A stretch of DNA of 64,000 nt from Eledone cirrhosa (taxonomy: Eukaryota), in contig OZ024741.1 in assembly GCA_964016885.1 (NCBI GenBank), positions 36,518,001 through 36,582,000 on the forward strand. The letters run 5' to 3'. The notes below the pieces were generated by a model that worked only from the letters and a program-made list of their open reading frames with translations, did no database searches and had not been told where the DNA came from. Position numbers and translations under genes: made by a program. Shown here piece by piece: positions 37,814 to 50,000 of the stretch; position 1 is the stretch's first letter, and every line of letters begins with the position of its first letter.

Positions 37814-40600
37814 ATCATCATCATCATCGTTTAACGTCCATGTTCCACGCTTGCATGGGTTTGGATGGGAGCCTTCCCACTTGAGGCAAGAGTGGTTGTC
37901 TTGCTCGCATAGGACTGTCTGGCAGGTTTTCTACAGCTGGATGCCCTTCCTAACACCCACCACATTTACAGTGTGGGACTGGGAGGTTTTTACCGTGTTG
38001 CCTACACGGCCACATTACAGCGTGGACTGTGTGTTTTTTTGTCGTGACACCTACACGACCTCATTTGTTTCGGCCTGGATGTTGTGGCTCCAACGTAACT
38101 TTACATTGAAAGAGGCGGTGTGGATGGGGTGCGGGTAGTGGGACGGGGGTGTATTTTGTTAGAGGTGCCTACTGACTGTAGTAGGTTTACTTTGTATTTA
38201 GGCAAGGCTTGTCTTCTCTATTACTGAGTACCACCAAAGATCTCGGCCCAGTGACATTGTCTTGGAGCGGTGTAAGTGTGTGAGGTCGGAATTTAGCAAA
38301 TCGTCCCAGGTTTTTCTGGGTCTGCCTACTCCGTGGCTACCGTCTATCTTTATTGCCCTGCACTTTTTTATACAGCTGTCGTCTTTCATGCGCATCACGT
38401 GACCATACCAACGTAGCCTTCTCTCGAGTAAACAACATCTGATCCCTCTTATTTCTAATTTTTCCCTTAGTTCGTTTATGCTTTGCCGTTCACGTATATT
38501 ACTGTTACACATCCAGCAGAGCATGCAAGCTTCGTTCCTCTCTAGACTGCGTATATCCTCTGCACACAATGCCCAGGTCTCACTGCCATGTAACATTGCT
38601 GTTCGTATGCAGGCATCATACAACCTGCCTTTCATTTTTAGGGAGAACCCTTTAGCGGCTAATAGTGGTATAAGCTCTCTGAACTTTTTCCATCCAGTTC
38701 TGACTCTAGCTACTGTACTTTCAGAGCACCCTCCCCCGCTGCTGATTTTGTCACCCAGGTAACGGAAGCTGTCCACTATTTCTATAGAACCCTCTGCGCA
38801 ATTGAAAGGGCTAGTATTTTGTGAGCACTTGCTGCTACTTATTGCACCAGAGCACCGGCCACATGTAAAATCTGTGTTCTTAGTTAGCTTAACTGTGATC
38901 CCACTACATCTTTTATGCACCCATACTTTGCATTTGGGACATAAAATGGAGTTTCTACCTACGCCTTTCCTACACACTGAGCATGGCCATTTCCCGGAAG
39001 GGACCGGCGCCTTATTTTCTTTCCTACAAACTAGAACTTTAGTCTTAGCCAGGTTAATTTTAAGGCCTTTTGATTCTAGGCCGTGCTTCCATGTTTGGAA
39101 TTTCTTCTCTAGCTCGGCCATTGATTCAGCTATGAGCGTTAGATCATCTGCGTATAGGAGTTCCCATGGGCAGCCGGTCTTAACTCCACTGTTATAGCCT
39201 GAAGGGCAATAATAAATAGTAGGGGGCTAAGAACAGAGCCCTGATGGACGCCAACTTTTACGCTAAACTCTTCACTATATTCGTTGTTAATTCTAACCTT
39301 GCTGACTGTTTCTTTATACATGGCTTGTATAGCTCTCACAAGCCATTCGTCAACACCTAGTTTTCTAAGAGCCCACCAGATAATGGAACGGGGGACTCTG
39401 TCGAAGGCTTTCTCCAAGTCAACAAAAGCTAAGTATAGGGGTTTACTTTTAGCTAGGTACTTCTCCTGTAGTTGTCGTACAATGACAAGAGCGTCTGTGG
39501 TACTTTTGCCTGACACAAACCCGAACTGCATTTCATCTAGATCAATTCTCTCTCTGATTAGTTGCGCTATTACTTTTTCCGTGACCTTCATGACCTGGTC
39601 GATTAATTTAATGCCTCTATAGTTACTCCTATCTAGGGCATCTCCTTTACCCTTGTAACAGTTAATGATGATGCTGCTACGCCAGTCCTTCGGAACGACC
39701 CCATTCTGTATGACTTGGTTTACTATCCGGGTGACCATGGTGTGTCCCACCGTTCCAGAGGCTTTCAGCATCTCAGCAACTATTTCCGAAGGCCCAGCCA
39801 CCTTACCCGTCTTCATATCTTTGATTGCCTTACTTATTATAATACCTTCAACTAACACTGCTGGTCCCTCTATTGGGTCGATGTGGGGGAGACTGTCTTT
39901 CTCCCATTTATTCTCCTCATTTAGAAGCCTTTCGTAGTGACACTTCCAAGCTACCTTCTTATCAGCGTCAGTGATGGCAAGTATGCCATCATCATTAAGG
40001 ACACACTTCTCCCCGACAATATCACGGTTTTCCTTGACACATTGCCTGGGGGAGATGGGGTTATGTTAGCCATCCGCGGCCGAAACAAGGAGGAGGAGTG
40101 CTTGCATTCTCGTCCACGAGGTGAATTTGTCTTTATCTTTGGCATTGTCGCTGAGCGTCCAGATTTTTCTCTCATCAACTCTCCAGAATTCCGTAGTCCA
40201 TCCATCATATTTAAAGGCAACCAGGTAAGCGGTAGTATAGGCCTCTGACTTATGATTGGTCCACGTAATAATGGTGGTGCGTGGGGGCGGGAGGGAGGGA
40301 TGTTGGGTAGTTAGCGAGAAGGTATGGTTATAAATAAGATCCCCGTATTTTGGGCTTAATTTAACAAGCATAAACAAAAATACAAGATTTATTTTGGAAA
40401 ATACAACAGTGTATCGAGTAGAAAGACAAAGATTGGATTCGGGGAAAAAACGATAGAGAATGGCCAATGGATGAACTAATGAATTAAAATGGCGAGGAGA
40501 ATGGAGAAAATATTTGTACGTTACATTATACCATGGAAGCAGCCATACCAGAATAGGAATTTGGCGGTTCTGATTTTTTCATACTTGGTAGGGTTTATCT
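37814..40600 (-). mobile_element. PHD-RTE copy retaining 5' UTR but lacking the endonuclease (internal deletion ~1.2 kb), frameshifted RT
   Basis: ORFs 39139-39858 and 38198-39121 are near-identical to the 47503 ORF. The junction at ~40046 joins ITPSP directly to RQCVKEN. Confidence 0.93.
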
Positions 40601-41137
40601 TATATGTATCTTATATATTTATATATGTGTGTGTATATATATGTATATATATTTATATGTATGTATGTATATATATGTATATATATTTATATGTATGTAT
40701 GTATATATATTTATATGTATGTATGTATATATATTTATATGTATGTATTTATATGTATATATATTTATATGTATGTATGTATTTGTATGTATGTATATAT
40801 ATGTGTGTGTACATATATATATCACAAATTAACAAATTTCATATCTTCAATGGGCACACCCTTTTAGTGATTCATCAGACATTTCTGTACCATATTTCTA
40901 ATGAAATAGTTTTGACAGCAATCAATAATTTGGAGGGATTTTATCCTTTTGTTCCTTCACTGGTTTCAGTTATTATACTGTCGTCATGCTGAAGCACTGC
41001 CTTTTGGGGATTTTAGTTGATCATATCAACACCAATCGCTATTTTGATCAATCACTTTTCACCAAACCACTGAGTTACAGGACATAAGTGTAACTGTAAA
41101 TACAGATATCGTATCGATATACACATATATATATATA

Positions 41138-42812
41138 TCATCATCATCATCATCTTCGTTTAACGTCCATCTTCCACGCTAGCATGGGTTAGACTGAGTT
41201 GTCCCACTTGAGGCAAGTTTGGTCGGGTGACTGTGTCTCGCTCATATAGGACTATCTGGCAGGTTAGCTACGGTTGGACGCCCTTCCTAACACCAACCAC
41301 ATTTACAGTGTGGAACTGGGAACTTTTTACCGTGTTACCTACACAGCCACATTACAGCGTGGACTGTGTGTTTTTTTTTTGTCGTGACACCTACACGATC
41401 TCGATCTCATTATCTCATTTATTTGGACTGGATGTTGTGGTACCAACTTTACAGAGAGAGGGTGATGTTAGTGGGAGTGGGAGGATAGGGTAGGGGTAGT
41501 GGATTGGGGTGTATATTTGGTTAAGAGTTGCCTACTGACTGTAGGTTTTGCTTTGTACATAGGCAAGGCGGGTCTTCTGTATTATTGTTTTAGAGAGGTG
41601 CAAGTGTCTAAGGTCGGAATTTATCAAATCGTCCCAGGTTTTTCTGGGTCTACCTACTCCATAACTATCATCAATTTTGATCATGCATGCATATATATAT
41701 ATATACACACACACACACACGCACGCACGCACGCACGCACGCGCGCGCAGATTAGAAAGAAATGAAGCTTGCATGCTCTGATGGATGTGTAATAGTAATA
41801 TACGCGAACGGCAAAGTATAAACGAATTGAGAGAGAGACTGAACATAAGAGGAATCAAATGCTGTGTGCAGGAGAGGCAGTTGCGTTGGTATGGACATGT
41901 CATGCGTATGAAGGATGACAGCTGCATAAAAAGGTGCAGAGCACAAGAAGTCGATGGAAGCTGCGGACTGGGGAGACCCAAGAAGACCTGGGATGAGGTG
42001 ATAAAGGCCGACCTTACCCAGTTGCACCGCTCAAGAGAAATGACACACGACCGTGACCTCTGACGTCACGCAGTAATACAGAAGACCTGACTCCCCTCAG
42101 CAACAAGCCGAAGCTGAAGCATATAGACAGTGTCGTCGTCCCATCCCCCGTCACTGCAAAGTGATCGTGGAGATGCCATGGCAAAAAAGCACCCAGCCAA
42201 CACTGTAAAGTGGACATGTAGGCACCACGGAAAAAAAGCACCCAGCACTCGCTGTAAATGAGCTGTAGAAATCGAGCCAAAATAAGTTCCTGTATGAGCA
42301 AGACTGGACACTGCTCACAACATGACAACCCATCTAACCCATGCTAGCGTGAAAGAACGGACATAAAACGGTGATGATGATATATATATATATATATATA
42401 CAATAAAGAAGACCCGCCTTACCTAAATACATAGTAAAACCTACTACAGCCAGTAGGCATCTCTAACAAAATACACCCCGTCCCACCACGCCCACCCGAT
42501 CCACACCACCCCCTTCTATGTAAAGTTATGTCGGTGCCACGCCATCCAGGCCGAAACAAATGAGATCGTGTAGGTGTCACGACAAAAAAACACACAGTCC
42601 ACGCTGTAATGTGGCCGTGTAGGCAACACGGTAAAAACCTCCCAGACCCACACTGTAAATGTGGTTGGTGTTAGGAAGGGCATCCAACTGTAGAAAACCT
42701 GCCAGATAGTCCTATGCGAGCAAGACAATCACTCTTGCCTCAAGTGGGAATACCCCCGTCCAAACCCATGCAAGCGTGGAACACGCACGTTAAACGTTGA
42801 TGATGATGATGA
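41138..42812. mobile_element. Cluster of three truncated RTE 3' ends (41138-41680 -, 41750-42381 +, 42400-42812 +)
   Basis: Each has the ORF end and/or ttggtgttaggaagggcatcc-type UTR with a (gat)n tail; separated by TA/CA tracts. Confidence 0.85.
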
Positions 42813-43044
42813 ATAAATATAATCTGAGTTTTTTTAATATTAATAATAATATTCGATTTGTTTGCAATTATGCAAACAAACCTCATTTTTAAAGCCATGT
42901 CAGTAGAATTGTATTCAGCCATGTAGAGCGAAATTTTTTTGCGAATATGGCAAAGCCTGCCATTGATCGCTCGTATATAGGAAACTGTCTGGCCAGTCTG
43001 TTGATATGCAAATCTGGCTGATCGGTGGATCTGCTAACACACAC

Positions 43045-43079
<35 letters not shown>

Positions 43080-43687
43080 CAATGGGTTTCCATCTACCAA
43101 TTTTCACTGAGGCTATAGTAGAAGACACTTGCCTAAATCACCACATGGTAGGATTGTACCCAAAACCTCATGGTAGCAAAGCAAACTCCTTAACCACACA
43201 GCCATGCCTGTACCTATACAGTAATATAACTTTATCATTATTAAATTGGGGTAGAGAAGTAGATTAGCAGAGTCATTAGAGCATTGGACCAATGCTTAGC
43301 AGTATTTCTTCTAGCTCTTTATATTTTGAGTTCATATACTGCCAACATCAACTTTACTCTTCATCTTTCTGAGGTCGATAAAATAAAATACCAGTCAAGT
43401 ACTACGGTCGATATAATTAACTTTCCTTTCTCTTAATATGCTGGCCTTGTGCCAAAGTTAGAAATCATTATTAAGCTGGTGGATTGGCAGAATCGGTAGA
43501 GCATCGGATACCCTGCTTCGCAGCATAGAGTTACATCCCTTTATGTTCTGAGTTCAAATCCCACTGCGGTTAACTTTGCCTTTCATCCTTATGGGGTCGA
43601 TAAAATAAAGTAATGCACTGGGATAATTGCTGCCCTTGTGCCAAAAGTAGAGACAATTATTAAGCTGGTGTTTGGAACATAACTTAA

Positions 43688-43917
43688 CCATTTAGCATTT
43701 ACATTACTCTATATACTATTATATATTCATGGTAAAGGCTTTACAAAGACTTTACCTCACATAATTATCTCACATAATATCGAATCTATGAGATTTTGAT
43801 ATTATTTATTTTGAGAACAATACCTTAACATCAGTATGAGTGGCCAGTTACAGCCAGTTTGAACAGAAAGAGGTGGGAAAATTCTGCCCAGATATGGCCA
43901 GTTTAAATACTAAAGGA
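43688..43917. mobile_element. piggyBac-type MITE (opposite orientation to 24614-24790)
   Basis: ttaa|ccatttagcattta ... taaatactaaagga|ttaa. Confidence 0.8.
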
Positions 43918-44419
43918 TTAACAATGGTTCTAACGAAAAATTATGATAGGTTTTCATATAAATATAAACACTCTAAAGTAAATAGTTTTGTATCATAGAG
44001 TAGTTTCAGTTGGTATCAAACAGGTTAATGTTATACATCCTTCTACAGTCCATTTAAATAAAACAGTTGCAAGGAGGATCTGTACATACCACTCCTCTAC
44101 TTTACACACTTACAAAATGGTAACATTTATCTATGTTGCCATTCTTCACACACAAAGCACTGAAGTTTTTCAGCACTGTCACATATATACATATAATGTC
44201 TTAATTGTTTAATCACTAACAACACTTATTTACAACAACGACAACAGACACAAGAGACATTAACTCTTAACATTCTGTAATGATTTAGCAGAAAATATCT
44301 AAAATTGGTCTGTTAATTCAAATGTTTATAGTGTCTTTATTAATGGAAAAGGCTTTGTGAAAATTTACAGTAAATTAAAATAAAAACTTTAGTCTTTAAT
44401 GGGATGCTGTCATAATGTT

Positions 44420-45295
44420 CATCATCATTGTTTTTATGTCTGTTTTATCATGCTTGCATGTGTAGGACGGGTCCTTTTCAGCACAGCATTTTTCCACACG
44501 CCGCATTCCTTCATCACCTCAGTGAATCTCAGCAATTTGAAATCACTCTCACCACCTCCGTCCAAGTCTTCCTCTACAGTGGTTTCCTACCACTGGGATT
44601 TCTTGGCACTTCTTCACCCAGTGATCATCATCCATACACATCACATGTCTGTACCAACACGGTCTCCTCTCTTGCACACAATTTTGGATTCCTCTTAAAC
44701 CCAGTTTCCCCCTCAGTTCATCCAAGCTTTGCTTTTCTTTCACATTTACATTGTACATCCAACGAAGCATAGTTGCTTCATTTCTCTCCAGCCTACGCAT
44801 GTCCTCTGCAGTCATAGCCCATGTTTCACTACCTCGCAGCATCACACTTTGCATAAGAAACCTTTTGTTGTCAACAGTGGGAGTAGCTCTCTAAACTTCT
44901 TCCATCCTTTCCTGATTCTACCTATAATGCTCTGAGAGCTTCTTCCTCTAATTGTCACCTAGATATCAGAAGCTATCAACCACTTCTAAGGATCCTTCAT
45001 GTGATTGGAAAAGGTTTATACCACTGACACCCTTCCCCTCGATTACTCCTCTGCATCTTTTACTTACAAATTCTTGCCTTCCTGTTAGTCTACTCATTAT
45101 CCCACTACAACTCTTGTGTACCCATGATTTACATTGTGTACAGTATATGCCTATTCTTTTTCTACATATTGAGCAGGGCCACTGAAGGAATCAGGGTCCT
45201 ATCTTCTTTCCTACTTACTAGCACTTTAGTTTTGACTAAGACCTTTTGATTCCAAATTCTGTTTTTATAATCGGAACCTATTCTCTAGTTCTTTT
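44420..45295 (-). mobile_element. Older, diverged PHD-RTE subfamily fragment
   Basis: Minus strand: GSETWAMTAEDMRRLERNE...; PHD remnant CSICRK...CTQCKSWVHKSCSG...VSKRC at ~45050-45180. Confidence 0.8.
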
Positions 45296-46141
45296 ACAGA
45301 TTCAGCTATATATAGGTATCACAGTAGAGCTCCGTAGAAGGGGGGACGTGCAATTTAACCATGCACAAACCCATTTTTTGCTTGATCATTTTCATTTCAA
45401 AATACATTTTTTTCTACAGACAATTATATATTATTTGAAAGTTCTAGATGTGAACTTTCTTCTCATATACTTTTGATCAAAATCCGACAGTTACATATTT
45501 CAAATCACCTCAATCACCCCCTTATCTCCACTCAGAAACAACGTTTGTCCTTTTTTTTTTTTGACTGCTGAACGGTAGCTCTAATTCTAGTTCAATGTGA
45601 TGGAGCACAACTCAATTTATGTTGAAAATGGGAGGTTTGAAAAAACAAACTTTTTTAACTATTGGCTATTTGATTCATCATCATCATTTCATTTTACGTC
45701 CGCTTTTTCCTTGCTTGCAAGGGTGGGACAGGAACTGATTCTGGCTTGATTTCTACAGCTGGATGCTCTTCCTAACACCAACCTTATTTACAGTGAGTGC
45801 TGGGTGCTTTTTTTGCTGTGGCACCTCTACAACCACTTTGTAGTGGAATGATAGGGACCCCAGTACTTATCATCTCATTTCTACAGCTGAGTAAACTGGA
45901 ACAATGTGAAATAAAGTGTCTTGCTCAAGGAAACAACACATCACCCGGTCTGAGAATTGAACTCACAACCTTTCGATTGCAAGGCCAATGCTCTAACCAC
46001 TAAGCTGGTGTGTGGTACTTAGATTTGCTGAACTAACTAAATATTACAAGGTTAACTTAACCTTTCATCCCTTGATGTCTTGCCATCAATAATCAACCAT
46101 AATTATATGCCAAGTGGGTTTATATATATATATATATATAT

Positions 46142-46529
46142 GGAGGCACATGGCTTAGTGGTTAGAGCATTGGCCTTGCAATCGAAAGGTTGTGAGTTCA
46201 ATTCTCAGACCGGGTGATGTGTTGTTTCCTTGAGCAAGACACTTAATTTCACATTGTTCCAGTTTACTCAGCTGTAGAAATGAGATGATAGGGACTGGGG
46301 TCCCTATCATTCCACTGCAAAGTGGTCGTGGAGGTGCCACGGCAAAAAAGCACCCAACCCACACTGTAAAGTGGACGTGTAGGCGCCACGGATAAAAAAA
46401 AGCACCCACCACTCACTGTAAATGAGGTTGGTGTTAGGAAGGACATCCAGCTGTAGAAATCAAGCCAGAATCAATTCCCGTCCCACCCTTGCAAGCAGGG
46501 AAAAGCGGACGTGAAATGATGATGATGAT
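46142..46529 (+). mobile_element. Full-length SINE family B
   Basis: ggaggcacaTGGCTTAGTGG (A box) ... gaGTTCAATTC (B box); core gtgttgtttccttgagcaagacac; hairpin; tail shared with RTE 60530-60799; (gat)n end; sits in (TA)n. Confidence 0.9.
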
Positions 46530-46718
46530 ATATATATAGTGAAAGAATGAAGAGTAACATGGTTGGCTGTACAACAAAGGGCTATATTTTAGGTATTAAC
46601 AATTGTTTCATTGATCAGATGAGTCTAGAGTCTGCTAATCGCTCGAAGTTGCGTCACTCGATCTCCAATACATTATTTACCTCTGATCAAATCCTCAATA
46701 TAACGATAACTTGTTATC

Positions 46719-46763
<45 letters not shown>

Positions 46764-46764
46764 G

Positions 46765-46886
46765 TAGCCTGATTGTGGGCTTAAGAACACTCGGAGAAAT
46801 GGAAAAAGATGAATATTGACGTACATGTACGGCAATACTCATCTTTTTCCATTTCTCCGAGGGTTCTTAACCCCACTATCAGGCTA
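46765..46886. repeat. ~122-bp near-perfect palindrome
   Basis: 60-bp arms centred on gtac-at-gtac with about 5 mismatches. Confidence 0.92.
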
Positions 46887-46976
46887 AATAATTTCTTTAA
46901 TTTCTTTAGTCAAAATACGGCGATAGGTTATATTTCTAATTTCAAACTCGCTCGCTGTTTCGAAAATATTCTTATT

Positions 46977-47036
<60 letters not shown>

Positions 47037-47039
<3 letters not shown>

Positions 47040-50000
47040 GAAGTTCTATTTAAATTGTTGGGATACAACAAACAAATATTTTTATAACTGATATAAAGCA
47101 CTCAACAATATAGTACAATCCTTCTCTCCATTTCCACGCTCAATTCCGTACACAGTCCAAACAAACATCCAATCTCGCAAAATCCGAAATCTGTATTTTT
47201 TTGTTATCTATTTAAGGTTTAAATACGGTGTTTTTGTCGTATTGAACAGAACAAATCTTGCAGTTTTGCTTTTTGTTAAATCGCTTGTTAAACATTCATA
47301 ACCTTCCAGCTAGCTACCCCCACACCCCTCCCTCCCGCCCCCACACGCCACCATACTTAATACGTGGACCAATCATAAGCCAGAGCCCCCCCCCCGCATC
47401 ACCACCATTATTATAAGCCAGAGCCACCCACCCCCACCCCCACGCATCACCATTATTATTATTACGCGGACCAAATCATAAGCCAGAGGCCTATACTATC
47501 GCTTGCCCGGTTGCCTTCGATATATGATGGATGGATGGATGGACGGACGGACTGCGGAATCCTTGGAGAGTGGAAGGGAGAGAAAAATCTGGACGCCCAG
47601 AGCGAAAATGCCAATGCTAAAGTCAAATTCACCTCGTGGACGAGAATGCGAGCACTCTTCTTTGTTTCGCCCGCGGATGGCTAACATAACCCCATCTCCC
47701 CCCGCCCCACACCACCCCCACCCTCCAAACGCGATCCAAAACTTCAGAGTTGGTACCATAAATGTAGGCACCCTAAAGGGTCGCGCTAACGAGGTTGTAG
47801 AAATGCTTGAACGTAAGGAGGTCGATGTTTGTTGTATTCAAGAGACCAGGTGGAGGGGTGGGTCTGCTAGATTCATTGAGGGTAAAAAACGATGTTATAA
47901 GCTTTTCTGGGTGGGAAACGACGATGGGCTGGGTGGAGTAGGAATCATGGTAGCAGAAAAGTGGGCAGATAAGATAATAGACGTAAATAGAGTGAACGAC
48001 AGAATAATTAAAATAAGACTTGTCCTCAATAGAACTACGGTGACAGTAATATCTGCGTACGCACCCCAATCCGGACTGCCCGGCACTATAAAAGACAGAT
48101 TCTATGAGACACTGTTGCTAACTACCTCCCAAATATCTGACAGTGACTATATAATTATTGCAGGCGACCTAAATGGTCACGTTGGACAACATTGTGACGG
48201 CTATGACGAAATCCATGGAGGCTATGGGTTTGGTACTAGAAATGAGGAAGGCTCCAGAATTCTGGAATACTGTGATGCAAATAACCTAACTATCTGTAAC
48301 ACTAACTTCAAAAAACGTGACAATCACCTGATTACCTATAGATCCGGGGAACACACAAGCCAGGTAGATTATATCCTTACCAGAAGACGTGACAGAGTGT
48401 CTGTTGTAAACACTAAATCCCTCCCCCATGAAGAATGCACCTCCCAACATAGACTGATAATTAGCGACCTCATAGTCAGGACGAGACGCACCCGACAGCA
48501 GAAGAGGACTATCCTCAGGAGGAAAATATGGAAACTAAAAGACCCCACAGCCAGAAATAAATTTCAAAGCATATTACTTGATGCTTTCGACAGTAAGGAA
48601 GAGCATCTAGAATCGGACAATATAGAGGGACAGTGGAAATTTCTGAAAGCTAACCTGCTGTTGGCGACAGACGAAGTCTGTGGCTGGAGCAGGCCTGTAG
48701 GCAGGAGGAGAGTAACATGGTGGTGGAACAGTAAGGTGGAGGGGTCAATTAAGGCCAAAAAGCAGGCTTGGAAAGTATGGCGGGATGGGGGAAGTAGAGT
48801 AGACTATCAAGTGGCCAGGAGGGAAGCTAGGAGAGAAGTGTACTTAGCAAGAAGGGAAGCCGAGGAAAGAAAGTTCAAGCATGTTCTACAACGCGATGAC
48901 CAAAAACGTGAGGTGTTCAGGATTGCCAGGCAATGCGTCAAGGAAAACCGTGATATTGTCGGGGAGAAGTGTGTACTTAACGATGATGGCATACTTGCCA
49001 TCACCGACACTGATAAGAAGGTAGCTTGGAAGTGTCACTATGAAAGGCTACTAAATGAGGAGAATAAATGGGAGAAAGACAGTCTCCCCCATATCGACCC
49101 GATAGAGGGACCAGCAGTGTTAGTCGAGGGGAGTATAATAAGTAAGGCAATCAAGGATATGAAGACTGGTAAGGCGGCTGGGCCTTCGGAAATAGTTGCT
49201 GAGATGCTGAAGGCATCTGGCACGGTGGGACACACCATGGTCACCCGCATAGTTAACCAAGTCGTACAGAATGGGGTTGTTCCGAAGGACTGGCATAGCA
49301 GCATCATCGTTAACTGTTATAAGGGTAAAGGAGACGCCCTAGATAGGAGTAACTATAGAGGCATTAAATTAATCGACCAGGTCATGAAGGTCACGGAAAA
49401 AGTAATAGCGCAACTAATCAGAGAGAGAATTGATCTAGATGAAATGCAGTTCGGGTTTGTGTCAGGCAAAAGCACCACAGACGCTCTTTTCATAGTACGA
49501 CAACTACAGGAGAAGTACCTAGCTAAAGGTAAACCCCTCTACTTAGCTTTTGTCGACCTGGAGAAAGCCTTCGACAGAGTCCCCCGCTCCATTATCTGGT
49601 GGGCTCTTAGAAAACTAGGCGTTGACGAATGGCTTGTGAGGGCTATACAAGCCATGTATAAAGAAACAGTCAGCAAGGTTAGAATTAACAACGAATATAG
49701 TGAAGAGTTTAGCGTAAAAGTTGGCGTCCATCAGGGCTCTGTTCTCAGCCCCCTACTATTTATTATTGCCCTTCAGGCTATAACAGAGGAGTTCAAGACA
49801 GGCTGCCCATGGGAACTCCTATACGCAGACGACCTGACACTCATAGCGGAATCAATGGCCGAGCTAGAGAAGAAATTCCAAACATGGAAGCACGGCCTAG
49901 AGTCAAAAGGACTTAAAATTAACCTGGCTAAGACCAAAGTTCTAGTTTGTAGGAAAGAAAACAAGGCGGCGGTCCCTTCTGGGAAATGGTCGTGCTCGGT

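Noticed and set aside
40040-40050. Spliced RTE transcript as the origin of the internal deletion
   Set aside because: An AG lies near the right breakpoint but there is no GT/GC donor at the left; microhomology explains it better.
46142-46215. tRNA gene (possible TGC anticodon region)
   Set aside because: It is the head of a multi-copy SINE that continues into core and LINE tail. The acceptor stem does not pair and there is no T-run terminator. The same applies to SINE A heads.
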